A stretch of 64,000 nucleotides of DNA from contig NZ_JALFCU010000080.1 of the NCBI RefSeq assembly GCF_022771645.1, positions 26,495-90,494 of the forward strand, in the 5' to 3' direction. Both the position numbers and the translations under genes were made by a program. The notes below the pieces were generated by a model. The model was not told the DNA's origin, did not search any database, and saw only the letters and a program-made list of their open reading frames with translations. Origin of the DNA: Selenomonas sp. (GTDB lineage: Bacteria > Bacillota > Negativicutes > Selenomonadales > Selenomonadaceae). Position 1 is the first letter of the stretch. Every line of letters begins with the position of its first letter. Below are positions 40,742 through 49,159 of this stretch, piece after piece.

Positions 40742-43381
40742 TCATTCGCCGCCTTTCACGAGCATCTTGCGCACGAGATCCACGGGGATGACGGAGAACG
40801 CCAAGAGGAGCACGAAGCCCCACTCGCCCGCTGTCAATCCGTAGCAGCGCAGCACGGCGCCGCCGAGGTAGACCATGAGCACCTGCACGACGGCGATGAT
40901 GCCCATGACGCGCAAGAATCCCTGGTTCTGCGTGATGTTGTCGAAGAGGTTCTTCTGCTCCGTGCGCGCGTTGAACGCGTTGAAGACGGAGAAGAAAATG
41001 AAGAACGCGAAATAGCCCGTCATGAGGTATCTGCCCTCGGGGTCGGCGCGGAACGCGTCCGCCGCAATCGGGCAGAGGATGAAGAACATGCTGAGGCAGA
41101 ACGACCAGACGGCGCCTGTGCCGATGGACGTCGCCATGTAGCGGCTGATGATGTTCTCGTCGCGGCGTTTCGGCTTTTCCTGCATGTAGCGCTGGAGCGC
41201 CGGCTCGCCGCCGAACGCGAGGGCCGCGAGCGTGTCCATGACGAGGTTGACCCAGAGGATCTGCGTGATGGTCAGCGGATTGTCATGGCCGAGGAGCGGC
41301 AGCACGAACGAGATCATGACGGCGCCGACGTTGATCGTCAGCTGGAAGATGATGAACTTGCGGATGCTGTTGAAGATCGTGCGGCCGTAGAGGATGGCGC
41401 GCTCGATGGAGTGGAAGTTGTCGTCGAGGATGACGATCTCGCTCGCTTCCTTCGCGACTTCCGTGCCGCCGCCCATGGCGAAGCCGACGTCGGCGGCCTT
41501 CAGCGCCGGGCTGTCATTGACGCCGTCGCCCGTCATGCCGACGACGAGGTTCATGGACTGCGCGATGCGCACGAGGCGGCTCTTGTCGGACGGCAACGCG
41601 CGCGCGACGACGCGCAGGTGCGGCAGCTTCGCCTTCACCTCGTCGTCGCTGAGCGCGGCGAGCTCGTCCGACGTCATGGCGATGTCCGTCTCGTTTTGCA
41701 GCAGGCCGGCTTCGCGCGCGATGGCGGCCGCCGTGTTCAGACGGTCGCCCGTGATCATGACGACCTGCACGCCCGCCTCGTGCACCTGGCGGATGGCGCC
41801 CACAGACTCGGGGCGCACTTCGTCGCGGATGCCGACGGCGCCGACAAACGTCAGCCCCGTCTCCGGGAGTTCCTGCGGCAGCTTGCCGTCGCAGACGGCG
41901 AGCGCGAGCACGCGGATGGCGCGGCCGGCGAGCTCGTCGATGCGCGCGTCGATGGCTTTCGATTTTTCTTCCGTGAGCGGCTGGCGGCTGCCGTCGGCGT
42001 CGATGTACGACGTGCAGCGGCCGAGGAGCTTCTCCGGCGCGCCCTTGACGAGCGTCCCGTCAAAAGGCCCCGTGATTTCCGCCAGCGAGTACTTGTTGCG
42101 GCTGTTGAACGGCAGGCTGTCGACGACGGTCGCGTCTTCTCCGGCCTGCGAATCCTTGATGTAGTCAAAGAGCGCGCGCTCCGTCATGTTGCCGCCGACG
42201 GCGACGCCGTCCGTGACGACGGCGCTCGTGTTGTAGCGCACGACGAGGTCCGTCCAGCGCGCGAGGCCTTTGGGGAGCTCCGCGAATGCCGCGTGCTGCG
42301 CGCCCGTGCCGTCGACGAATGCGACGGCTTCGAGCTGGCCTTTCGTGATCGTGCCGGTCTTGTCGCTGAACAGGAGGTTCAGGCTGCCGGCCGTCTCGAT
42401 GCCCGAGACCTTGCGCACGAGGACGTTATCTTTCAGCATCTTGCCCATGTTCTGCGCCGAGACGATGGCAATCATGAGCGGCAGGCCTTCCGGCACGGCC
42501 ATGACGATGATGATGACGGCAAGGATGACGGCGTCGACGAGGTTGCTGCCGACGGCCATGAGGTTGCCGCAGTACGCGGCGATGGCCGCGCCGTCGAAGC
42601 CGTTCGCGATGACGATGCGGTCGAACATGTACGCGAGCGCGATGGCGACGCCGCCGATGTAGCCGAACTTGCTGATGTCGCCCGCGAGCTTGCTGAGCTT
42701 GATTTTGAGCGGCGTGTCGCGGTCCTCGCCGCCCTGCAGCTCGCTCGCGATGCCGCCGTAGACCGTCTGGTCGCCGACGGTCTTCACGACCATGATGGCG
42801 TTGCCGTCGCAGACGACGGAGCCGCGGAAAATCTTGTGCGCGTCGAGGAAGTCGCGGCTCTCGGCGCTCGCGCGGTCATCCGCGGCCGTCGGCGTCTTTT
42901 CCGCTTCCTTCGCCTCGCCGTTCAAGACGGACTGGTCGACGCGGATCGTGCCATCGACGAGGATGCCGTCCGCCGGCACCTTGTCGCCCGTCTGCACGAG
43001 GACGTAGTCGCCGACGACGATGTCGTCGATGGGGATCTCCTGGAGCTTGCTGTCGCGGTAGACCTTGCAGCGGATCATCGACGCCTCTTCCTGCAGCTTG
43101 CGGAATGCCGTCTCGTTCTGGTACTCGGAGTACGTCGAGACGAACGTCGCGAGGATGACAGCGATGGCGATGCCGACGGCCTCGTACCACTCCGTCTGCC
43201 CCATGAGGACGAAGATGACGTCGATGATGAGCGCGACGCAGAGGATCTTGATGATCGGGTCGTCAAAATTCCCCTTGAACTTCTCCCAGAACGTCTCGGA
43301 CGCCTGCTCTGTGAGGGCGTTCGAGCCGTGCTGCTCGCGCGACGCGCGCGCTTCGGCTTCCGTCAATCCCTTGATTTCCAT
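40742..43381 (-). CDS. P-type (type IIA/IIB-like) Ca2+-transporting ATPase
   Basis: The phosphorylation site is FSDKTGTITKG. Other motifs are MITGDRLNTA, GMTGDGVNDSPALKAADVGFAMG and N-terminal GLTEAEARASREQHGSNAL. It has ten predicted TM segments, and the layout is typical of Ca2+ pumps. Confidence 0.8.
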   Translation of the reverse strand: MEIKGLTEAEARASREQHGSNALTEQASETFWEKFKGNFDDPIIKILCVALIIDVIFVLMGQTEWYEAVGIAIAVILATFVSTYSEYQNETAFRKLQEEASMIRCKVYRDSKLQEIPIDDIVVGDYVLVQTGDKVPADGILVDGTIRVDQSVLNGEAKEAEKTPTAADDRASAESRDFLDAHKIFRGSVVCDGNAIMVVKTVGDQTVYGGIASELQGGEDRDTPLKIKLSKLAGDISKFGYIGGVAIALAYMFDRIVIANGFDGAAIAAYCGNLMAVGSNLVDAVILAVIIIVMAVPEGLPLMIAIVSAQNMGKMLKDNVLVRKVSGIETAGSLNLLFSDKTGTITKGQLEAVAFVDGTGAQHAAFAELPKGLARWTDLVVRYNTSAVVTDGVAVGGNMTERALFDYIKDSQAGEDATVVDSLPFNSRNKYSLAEITGPFDGTLVKGAPEKLLGRCTSYIDADGSRQPLTEEKSKAIDARIDELAGRAIRVLALAVCDGKLPQELPETGLTFVGAVGIRDEVRPESVGAIRQVHEAGVQVVMITGDRLNTAAAIAREAGLLQNETDIAMTSDELAALSDDEVKAKLPHLRVVARALPSDKSRLVRIAQSMNLVVGMTGDGVNDSPALKAADVGFAMGGGTEVAKEASEIVILDDNFHSIERAILYGRTIFNSIRKFIIFQLTINVGAVMISFVLPLLGHDNPLTITQILWVNLVMDTLAALAFGGEPALQRYMQEKPKRRDENIISRYMATSIGTGAVWSFCLSMFFILCPIAADAFRADPEGRYLMTGYFAFFIFFSVFNAFNARTEQKNLFDNITQNQGFLRVMGIIAVVQVLMVYLGGAVLRCYGLTAGEWGFVLLLAFSVIPVDLVRKMLVKGGE

Positions 43382-43422
43382 AGGCTGCTCCTCTCTTTTT
43401 CAAAAACTCTCCTATTCGATGC

Positions 43423-44916
43423 TCAGTCCATGGCCTCGAACACGACGCCGTCCGCGTCCTCCGTCGTGAGGAACGCGCGGCCGGGCTCGAGGCGCACGGC
43501 CTGCCCCGGCGGCACGAGCCGCCCGCCCGGCGAGCGCATGCCCGCGAGCGACCGGTTCACGAGATACCATGCGCCGCCCTGGTGCGACACGTAGGCCATC
43601 ATCGAGCGGTCCTGCACCTTCTCGTCCGGGAACACGCCCGCGTGGAAATGCCACGCGAAGAACGGCATGCCGTCGTAGACGTTGATGACCTGCCGCGTAA
43701 TCCACTGCCCGCGCCGCCCGTTCATCCGCTGGCGGATGCGCAGGTGCAGCACGTCGCGCCGGTCGATGCGCGTCCCGCAGAACGGGCAGACGGGCTCGCT
43801 GCCATACGGCAGCGGGAACCAATGCGCCGGGCAGGCGGGATTCGCGCACGGCTCGAGGATGTCCCAAGCGTGGACAAGCGCCTTTTCCCACTCCATGGCC
43901 GACGGCCGCTCGCTGGGGTTGTGCAGCCCGTCGCAAAACGCGCGCAAGAACAGCTGCTCGAGCTCCGGCCCGAGGTCGTGGATCGTGACGGCGAGGTCTT
44001 TCGGTCGGTTCGATGGGTCCTTCGGGTCCTCGATAAACGTCGCCTGCGGGCCGTACATGAGGAAGTCGTCTTCCTCCGGCGAGGCCGTGCTGTAGACTTT
44101 TGGCCCCTCGAGCGGATGACGGTGCAGCAGATATTGGTAGATGAGCACGGCCATGGCGAAGAGATCCGTGCGAATGCACGGCAGCGCGCGGCCGGGGTCG
44201 TCCATCGGGAGATTCATCGTCTCGAGGACCTCGGGCGCGATGTAGCCCTTCGTGCCCGCGACCTCCGGCGGGAACAACCCCGGCACGACGAGCGAATCGA
44301 TGTCGATGACGACGCAGCGGCCGCCTTTCGGGTCGATGAGCACGTTGTTCTCCGAGAGGTCGGAGTGCGACAGCCCCGCCTGGTGCATGCGGCGCACGGC
44401 GCGCGCCAGCAAAATGGCGATGGAGAGCATCGAGCGGAAATCGCCCTTCTCCTCGTCGCGCAGGTATTTGCTCACGCGTGGCGACGTGAACCAGCGGCTC
44501 TTCTTGTCCTTGCCCTTGAGGTCGAGCGCATCCACCTGCGACGCGTCCGCGTCAAAGAAGAACGCTTTCGGATACGTCGGGCAGACGATGCCGAACTCCG
44601 GCTGCGCGACGAGCGCGTACGGCCAGCAGTAAAGGTCGTCGAAATAGTTCGCCGTCGCCTCTGTGTTGCCGGCCGCGCCGCCCGCCGCCTCCGAGCGCGT
44701 CGGATTGTACGCACCGATGATCTTCTCGAGGCGCTTGTGGAGGTTCTGGTCTTGTGCGTCCTCCGGCTTGTTGAAAAACTGGATGACGTAGGACTTGTCC
44801 GGCGCGAAATACGTGTGCTTCATGCCGCCGCGCGGCGGGTTGTCCGTCACGATGTACGGCAGCACCGTGCCGTCCGTGAGGACGGCCTGCGCCTCTTTTT
44901 TCTTCTTTTTGCTCAT
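43423..44916 (-). CDS. Ser/Thr protein kinase of the TerY-P triad, with C-terminal Zn-ribbon and FHA-like region
   Basis: The catalytic loop is GLSHSDLSENNVLID and the activation segment is IDIDSL...GTKGYIAPEV. The Zn-ribbon is CANPACPAH...CPFCGTRI. The start overlaps the PP2C stop (ATGA). Confidence 0.8.
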   Translation of the reverse strand: MSKKKKKEAQAVLTDGTVLPYIVTDNPPRGGMKHTYFAPDKSYVIQFFNKPEDAQDQNLHKRLEKIIGAYNPTRSEAAGGAAGNTEATANYFDDLYCWPYALVAQPEFGIVCPTYPKAFFFDADASQVDALDLKGKDKKSRWFTSPRVSKYLRDEEKGDFRSMLSIAILLARAVRRMHQAGLSHSDLSENNVLIDPKGGRCVVIDIDSLVVPGLFPPEVAGTKGYIAPEVLETMNLPMDDPGRALPCIRTDLFAMAVLIYQYLLHRHPLEGPKVYSTASPEEDDFLMYGPQATFIEDPKDPSNRPKDLAVTIHDLGPELEQLFLRAFCDGLHNPSERPSAMEWEKALVHAWDILEPCANPACPAHWFPLPYGSEPVCPFCGTRIDRRDVLHLRIRQRMNGRRGQWITRQVINVYDGMPFFAWHFHAGVFPDEKVQDRSMMAYVSHQGGAWYLVNRSLAGMRSPGGRLVPPGQAVRLEPGRAFLTTEDADGVVFEAMD

Positions 44917-46613
44917 GCCTCCGCCTCCCGCACGGCCACGACGAGCGTGCGGTCATCGGCCGAGGAACGCACCGTGTAGTTGTCGAGCCACTTCGCGATG
45001 CGCTGCTCGATGGGATCGCCCGGCGCGATGTCCGCGTCTGCTGACAACATGGCGAGCTTCCGCTGGTCCGTCCAATAGGGCGCGAGCGCATCCTCCGTCG
45101 GCGCGAACCGCCGCGTGTAATGGAGTGCAACCTCCACGGACTTGTCGTTGACCCAGGGGAACGCGATCGGCTTGATGTTGCGCAGGCTGCGCCGCTCCTC
45201 GAGCGCATCCTCGAGCGTACCGGGCGTTGCGCGGAGCACGCCTTTCGGCGGCAGGAGGACGCCGTTCGCCAGCAGGTCGCAATAGAGGCGACGCATTTCT
45301 TTTTCATTCGGAAAATAATCGTCCGCCACGCCGTCCGTCATCGCGAAGATGTGCGTGACGTGTCCGCGGTAGAGCATCGTGCGCTTCTGGAGCTCCGCCG
45401 TCTCCGTCACGCGGGACGAGACGAGGAATTCCGTCTCGCCGACGTACTCGCCGCTGTCCGGCTTGCCGAGCAGGCGCTGCGCCTTGTCAAATGGCGCCGC
45501 TGCGTCGATGGCGGCGATCATGCCGTCGCCGACCTGACACGACAGCACGAGCGTGTCGCCTGTCGCGCCTGCCGGCAGGGCGATCGTGACGAGGAGCGTC
45601 GAGGCGAAGTCCGCGAGCACGGGCTTGCGGCCGAGCACGTCCGCGTAGCGCGGCTGCTCCGCACGTTGCTCGTAAGCCGTCTCAACGGCCTCGCGCGCCT
45701 CCTGCATCGACTGTTGGAGCGCCAGGACGAGCGGCTGCACGGCCGCCTGGAACGCGGTGCCGTCCGTCGCCTCGTCAAACGGGGCATAGAACGTTTCCAC
45801 CGCGTCACAGGGTGCTGTGAGGTCCGTCAGCTTTTCCTTCAGGTACTTCACGGCCTGCTCGGAGGCGGCGTACGCGCCGATGCGCGAGAAATGCTTCGAG
45901 CCCGCGCCGTCGGCGACGGCGATGAGCTGGATGCGGTCGACGGCGTCGATGGCGAACCAGTCATCGGAGTTCGTGCCTTCGTGCTTGTGCTTCTTGCCGC
46001 GCACGCGCGCGCCGTACATCCCACCGGCCGGCGTATTCCGGTGCATGGCGTACGTTTCCGGCTTGCGGTCCGGCTCGACCGACTCGTCGGGGATATCCTT
46101 GTACTGCCAAAGCATCGTCGTGTGGCGGAGCACGTCATCATCCGAGAGAGGCTGCGGTGCCGGCTCAGGCGCAGACGCTTCTGCCTGCGATGCGGGAGAT
46201 TCTGCGGGGACAGCAGCCGTCGCCTGATCTGCCACCGGTTTTGCGGGGGCGACAGCGTCCGCCTGTGCCTCCACTGGTTTTATCGGGGCGGCAGCCGTTT
46301 CCTGCGCCTCCGCTGGTTTTGCAGAGGTGGCAGCCGTTTCCTGCGCCTCCGCTGCTTTTTCGGGGGCAACAGGCGTTTCCTGCACATCCGCCGGTTTTGC
46401 GGGGGTGGCAGCCGTTTCCTGCGCCGTCACCGGGTTCGACGGGATGACGGCCGGTTCTTGCACGTCCGGCACGATGATAAATGACCGCGATTTGTACAGC
46501 GTCACGTCCGGCAGGATGACGGCGCGCACGTCCGCATGACGCTGCCGCGCGTCATTCATGATGACTTTCGTCGTTCGGATGGGAATCTGGTATCCCTGCT
46601 GATCCTGTTCCAT
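44913..46613 (-). CDS. PP2C-family protein phosphatase of the TerY-P triad, with an N-terminal 13-aa-periodic Pro/Ala/Glu repeat
   Basis: GTNSDDWFAIDAV...IAVADGAGS...FAMTDGVADDY shows PP2C metal-binding Asp motifs. RBS GAGAGGAGGGG lies 6 nt upstream. Confidence 0.8.
   Translation of the reverse strand: MEQDQQGYQIPIRTTKVIMNDARQRHADVRAVILPDVTLYKSRSFIIVPDVQEPAVIPSNPVTAQETAATPAKPADVQETPVAPEKAAEAQETAATSAKPAEAQETAAAPIKPVEAQADAVAPAKPVADQATAAVPAESPASQAEASAPEPAPQPLSDDDVLRHTTMLWQYKDIPDESVEPDRKPETYAMHRNTPAGGMYGARVRGKKHKHEGTNSDDWFAIDAVDRIQLIAVADGAGSKHFSRIGAYAASEQAVKYLKEKLTDLTAPCDAVETFYAPFDEATDGTAFQAAVQPLVLALQQSMQEAREAVETAYEQRAEQPRYADVLGRKPVLADFASTLLVTIALPAGATGDTLVLSCQVGDGMIAAIDAAAPFDKAQRLLGKPDSGEYVGETEFLVSSRVTETAELQKRTMLYRGHVTHIFAMTDGVADDYFPNEKEMRRLYCDLLANGVLLPPKGVLRATPGTLEDALEERRSLRNIKPIAFPWVNDKSVEVALHYTRRFAPTEDALAPYWTDQRKLAMLSADADIAPGDPIEQRIAKWLDNYTVRSSADDRTLVVAVREAEA
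46226..46432 (-). repeat. In-frame 39-bp tandem repeat (about 5 units) in the PP2C gene
   Basis: Units resemble gctggttttgcagaggtggcagccgtttcctgcgcctcc and encode ETAA(T/A)xAKPxEAQ. Confidence 0.65.
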
Positions 46614-46645
46614 GCAGCGCCCCTCCTCTCGTCATGCGTTTGCTG

Positions 46646-47293
46646 TCAGGGAACGACCGTGAAGCCCTGCGGCGGCGGCGGGAGCTCGATGTTGCTGCCC
46701 GGCTTCGCGTCGAGGCTCTTCGACGACATTTTGATCGAGCCGGAGACCCAGGCAAAGAATTTCGCGAGGTCGCCCGACGACAGGCTGTTCATCATGAGCA
46801 CGTTGTCCGTGAGGCGCTTCAGGCACGTCGTGTCCGCGCCCGCGCCCGCTGCGCAGGCGATAATGTTCGCGGCCTTCAACGTCTTGATGCTCTCGGCCTG
46901 GCGATCGAATTCTTCCGTGTCCGTCGGCATACCGTCCGTCAGGATGAAGACGAGCGGACGCCAATCGCCCTTCTGCTCCGGCGTATTCTTGCGCACTTCG
47001 CGGTCGATGCACTCACGCAGCACAGCGAGCGCGCCGCCGAGCGACGTCGCGCCGCCCGCTTCGAGCTGCGGCTCTTTGAACAGCATGAGCTCTGTGAGCT
47101 GCGTCGTCTGTTTCGCCTGGCTCGCGAACGTGATGACGGACAGGTAGGCCGTCTCAAGCGCCTGCGGGTCGCCGCGCAGTTCCGACAGCAGCGCCTTCAC
47201 GCCCTGGCGGACAGCCTCGATCGGCTCTCCCATCATCGAGCCCGAGCAATCGAGCAGCAAATAGACCGGCAAGCGGCGTACATAATCTCCCAT
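46646..47293 (-). CDS. terY: TerY-like von Willebrand factor A (vWA) domain protein
   Basis: RRLPVYLLLDCSGSMMGEPIEAV is the MIDAS DxSxS motif, followed by ...VITFAS...PLVFILTDGMPTD. Start trimmed to the ATG at 47293, 7 nt after AGGAGGG. Confidence 0.85.
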   Translation of the reverse strand: MGDYVRRLPVYLLLDCSGSMMGEPIEAVRQGVKALLSELRGDPQALETAYLSVITFASQAKQTTQLTELMLFKEPQLEAGGATSLGGALAVLRECIDREVRKNTPEQKGDWRPLVFILTDGMPTDTEEFDRQAESIKTLKAANIIACAAGAGADTTCLKRLTDNVLMMNSLSSGDLAKFFAWVSGSIKMSSKSLDAKPGSNIELPPPPQGFTVVP

Positions 47294-47394
47294 GAGAAAT
47301 CCCTCCTGAAATACTGGCAAACGACGCACTCCCGCCCGATCGTTCCGTTCGAAACGAACTGCGCGGAAACGCGACTTTTGTTCACGATATTTTT

Positions 47395-47423
47395 ATTATA
47401 ACGAATTTTGTTTTGATTGTAAA
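47395..47423 (-). promoter_or_regulatory. Sigma-70-like promoter of the TerY-P/Ca-ATPase/TerD operon
   Basis: Minus strand reads TTTACA (47418-47423), 17 nt, TATAAT (47395-47400), within an AT-rich spacer. The 5' UTR is about 100 nt. Confidence 0.55.
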
Positions 47424-47515
47424 CCGCAGAGGCTCTCATTCTGTCCGATCTCTCTAAATCATATATAACATTTTACGAGATATTCCTCCGATGTAAAAAA
47501 GTTGCTCCCCCACGA

Positions 47516-47562
47516 ATAAAAAGCCGCCCGTCCGTGCAATTTTTTTCGCACGGGCGGGCGGC
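47516..47562 (-). terminator. Rho-independent terminator after the TerC/membrane-protein unit
   Basis: Minus strand has a 15-bp stem GCCGCCCGCCCGTGC..GCACGGACGGGCGGC followed by TTTTTATTCG. Confidence 0.75.
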
Positions 47563-47568
47563 TGTGGC

Positions 47569-48180
47569 TCACCGGTATTCGAGATTGCGGTTCGCGTTCC
47601 TCACCTCTTCGCTGACAGGCAGCGACGCTTCGTAGCGGCGGATGATGACGGTCGTCGTCAGGACGCCCGCGAGCAGCACGATGGCCGCCAGCAGGATGAC
47701 GCGGCCGGCGTTGTCATCGCTGTCGCCGTCACCGAGGACGCCGCCGAGGCCGTCCTTGACGGTGGCGAGCGCCGGGCCGAAGCTCTGGACGGCGTTGTAC
47801 GTGTTGTACGCCGTCGCGAACGTGTTCCAGCCCGCGACGCCGATGTTCATGAGCGATTTCTCGCGCGCGACGTTGATCCACGACTGGATCGTGATGACGA
47901 TGGCCGAGCCGATGGCCGGGATGATGATCATGAGGTACATGAGGCTCATGAGCACACCGAGCATCGCCGGCGGCAGATACCCCGCCGAAACGGCGATATA
48001 GCTGACGAGGAACGCATAGACGTATGTGAAGCCGACGGCCGACTGGATGGCGCCGGCCCAGACGACGAGGCGGATCCAGCCGCCGAGCGCCTTCGACTCG
48101 GCCCAGACGCGGCCGACGTTCCTGGCGTTCAGGAAACTGACGACGAGGTTGAAAATGAGGACGAGCAGCAACATGCCCAT
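47569..48180 (-). CDS. Integral membrane protein of unknown function (about 5 TM), co-transcribed with terC
   Basis: MGMLLLVLIFNLVVSFLNARNVG... is hydrophobic throughout, with an acidic loop GDGDSDDNAG. Confidence 0.55.
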   Translation of the reverse strand: MGMLLLVLIFNLVVSFLNARNVGRVWAESKALGGWIRLVVWAGAIQSAVGFTYVYAFLVSYIAVSAGYLPPAMLGVLMSLMYLMIIIPAIGSAIVITIQSWINVAREKSLMNIGVAGWNTFATAYNTYNAVQSFGPALATVKDGLGGVLGDGDSDDNAGRVILLAAIVLLAGVLTTTVIIRRYEASLPVSEEVRNANRNLEYR

Positions 48181-48204
48181 AAAAATCAAATCCTTTCTTT
48201 CTAT

Positions 48205-48891
48205 TTACGCTACGCTCGCGCTTGCTTGGCGACGAGCTTTGAAATGGCCGACAACGCAGACGAGGAGCGCGAGCGCGGCGGGCAGGACGTAGCCGCCCGC
48301 ACTGCCGAACACGGCGAAGATGTCCGCGAGGTGCGCACCGACAGCCTTGTCCGCCAGCAGCATCTTGCCCGCCGTCCAGCCGATGACGGCCGCGCCAGCG
48401 TACATGAGCACTGGGAAGCGGTCCATGACCTTGCCGAGCAGGCTGCTGCCCGCGACGACGATGGGGATGCTGATGAGGATGCCGGCCGCCGCGAGCAGGA
48501 AATGTCCCTGCGCCGCGCCCGCGATCGACAGCACGTTGTCGAGGCTCATCGCGACGTCCGCGACGAGGATCGTCTTGACGGCGCCGCCGAGCGTCTGCGC
48601 CTCCGCGACGGGACCGCCGCCCTTCTTGTGCGACGGGTCGAGCAGCTTCGCGGCGATCGGCAGCAGGATGAGTCCGCCGAGCGCCTGCAGGCACGGGACC
48701 TGCAGCAGCTCGACCGCGACGAACATCAGCGCGATGCGGACGGCGACCGCGCCGCCCGTCCCGATGAGCACGGCTTTTTTCCGCGCCGCCTCCGGCAGCG
48801 CGTTCGCCGCCATCGCGATGACGACGGCGTTGTCGCCGGCGAGCGCGAGGTCCATGACGACGATCGTGCCGAGCGCCAAAAAGAATTCCAT
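48205..48891 (-). CDS. terC: TerC-family integral membrane protein
   Basis: MEFFLALGTIVVMDLALAGDNAVVIAMAA...ILVADVAMSLDNVLSIAGAA contains the two TerC DN motifs. An alternative TTG start at 48906 has better SD spacing (GGGAG, 8 nt). Confidence 0.85.
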   Translation of the reverse strand: MEFFLALGTIVVMDLALAGDNAVVIAMAANALPEAARKKAVLIGTGGAVAVRIALMFVAVELLQVPCLQALGGLILLPIAAKLLDPSHKKGGGPVAEAQTLGGAVKTILVADVAMSLDNVLSIAGAAQGHFLLAAAGILISIPIVVAGSSLLGKVMDRFPVLMYAGAAVIGWTAGKMLLADKAVGAHLADIFAVFGSAGGYVLPAALALLVCVVGHFKARRQASASVA

Positions 48892-48977
48892 CGAAAAAGT
48901 TTCCAAGATACATGCTCCCTTTCTAAAAAACACACCGCCGCAAGCGCACGCGCGCTGCGGACATGGGAAGCAGATAC

Positions 48978-49125
48978 CAAAAAAGACTTTCACATGGTAT
49001 CTGTTTCCAGGTATCATGCGAAAGTCTCACCCATTGCGATGTTGCAACGCCCCTGCCAACCCGCGACGCGGGCAGTGATTGTTGACAGGAACCTTTGAGG
49101 TTACTCCCCTTCGCTCTTTGCTATG
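48978..49125 (-). promoter_or_regulatory. yybP-ykoY (Mn2+) riboswitch: aptamer about 49018-49120 plus terminator expression platform
   Basis: Minus strand reads GCGAAGGGGAGUAAC...UUGCAACAU..GGUGAGACUUUCGC, matching the conserved GGGGAGUA, UUGxxACAU and GAGAC(C)UUU blocks. The 3' P1 strand is shared with a hairpin GACTTTCgCATGaTACCTG..CAGaTAcCATGtGAAAGTC plus TTTTTT. It lies upstream of a TerC gene, a classic target. Confidence 0.75.
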
Positions 49126-49130
49126 GTTTG

Positions 49131-49159
49131 AGTATAGCAAGAGCGGAGCGACCTGTCAA
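49131..49159 (-). promoter_or_regulatory. Strong sigma-70-like promoter driving the riboswitch/terC unit
   Basis: Minus strand reads TTGACA (49154-49159), 17 nt, TATACT (49131-49136). Confidence 0.65.

Noticed and set aside
47729-48913. 394-aa minus-strand ORF overlapping terC and the membrane-protein gene in another frame
   Set aside because: It has an Arg/Gly/Pro-rich nonsense composition. The alternative frames give canonical TerC motifs and a hydrophobic membrane protein, and its ATG has only 1-nt SD spacing.
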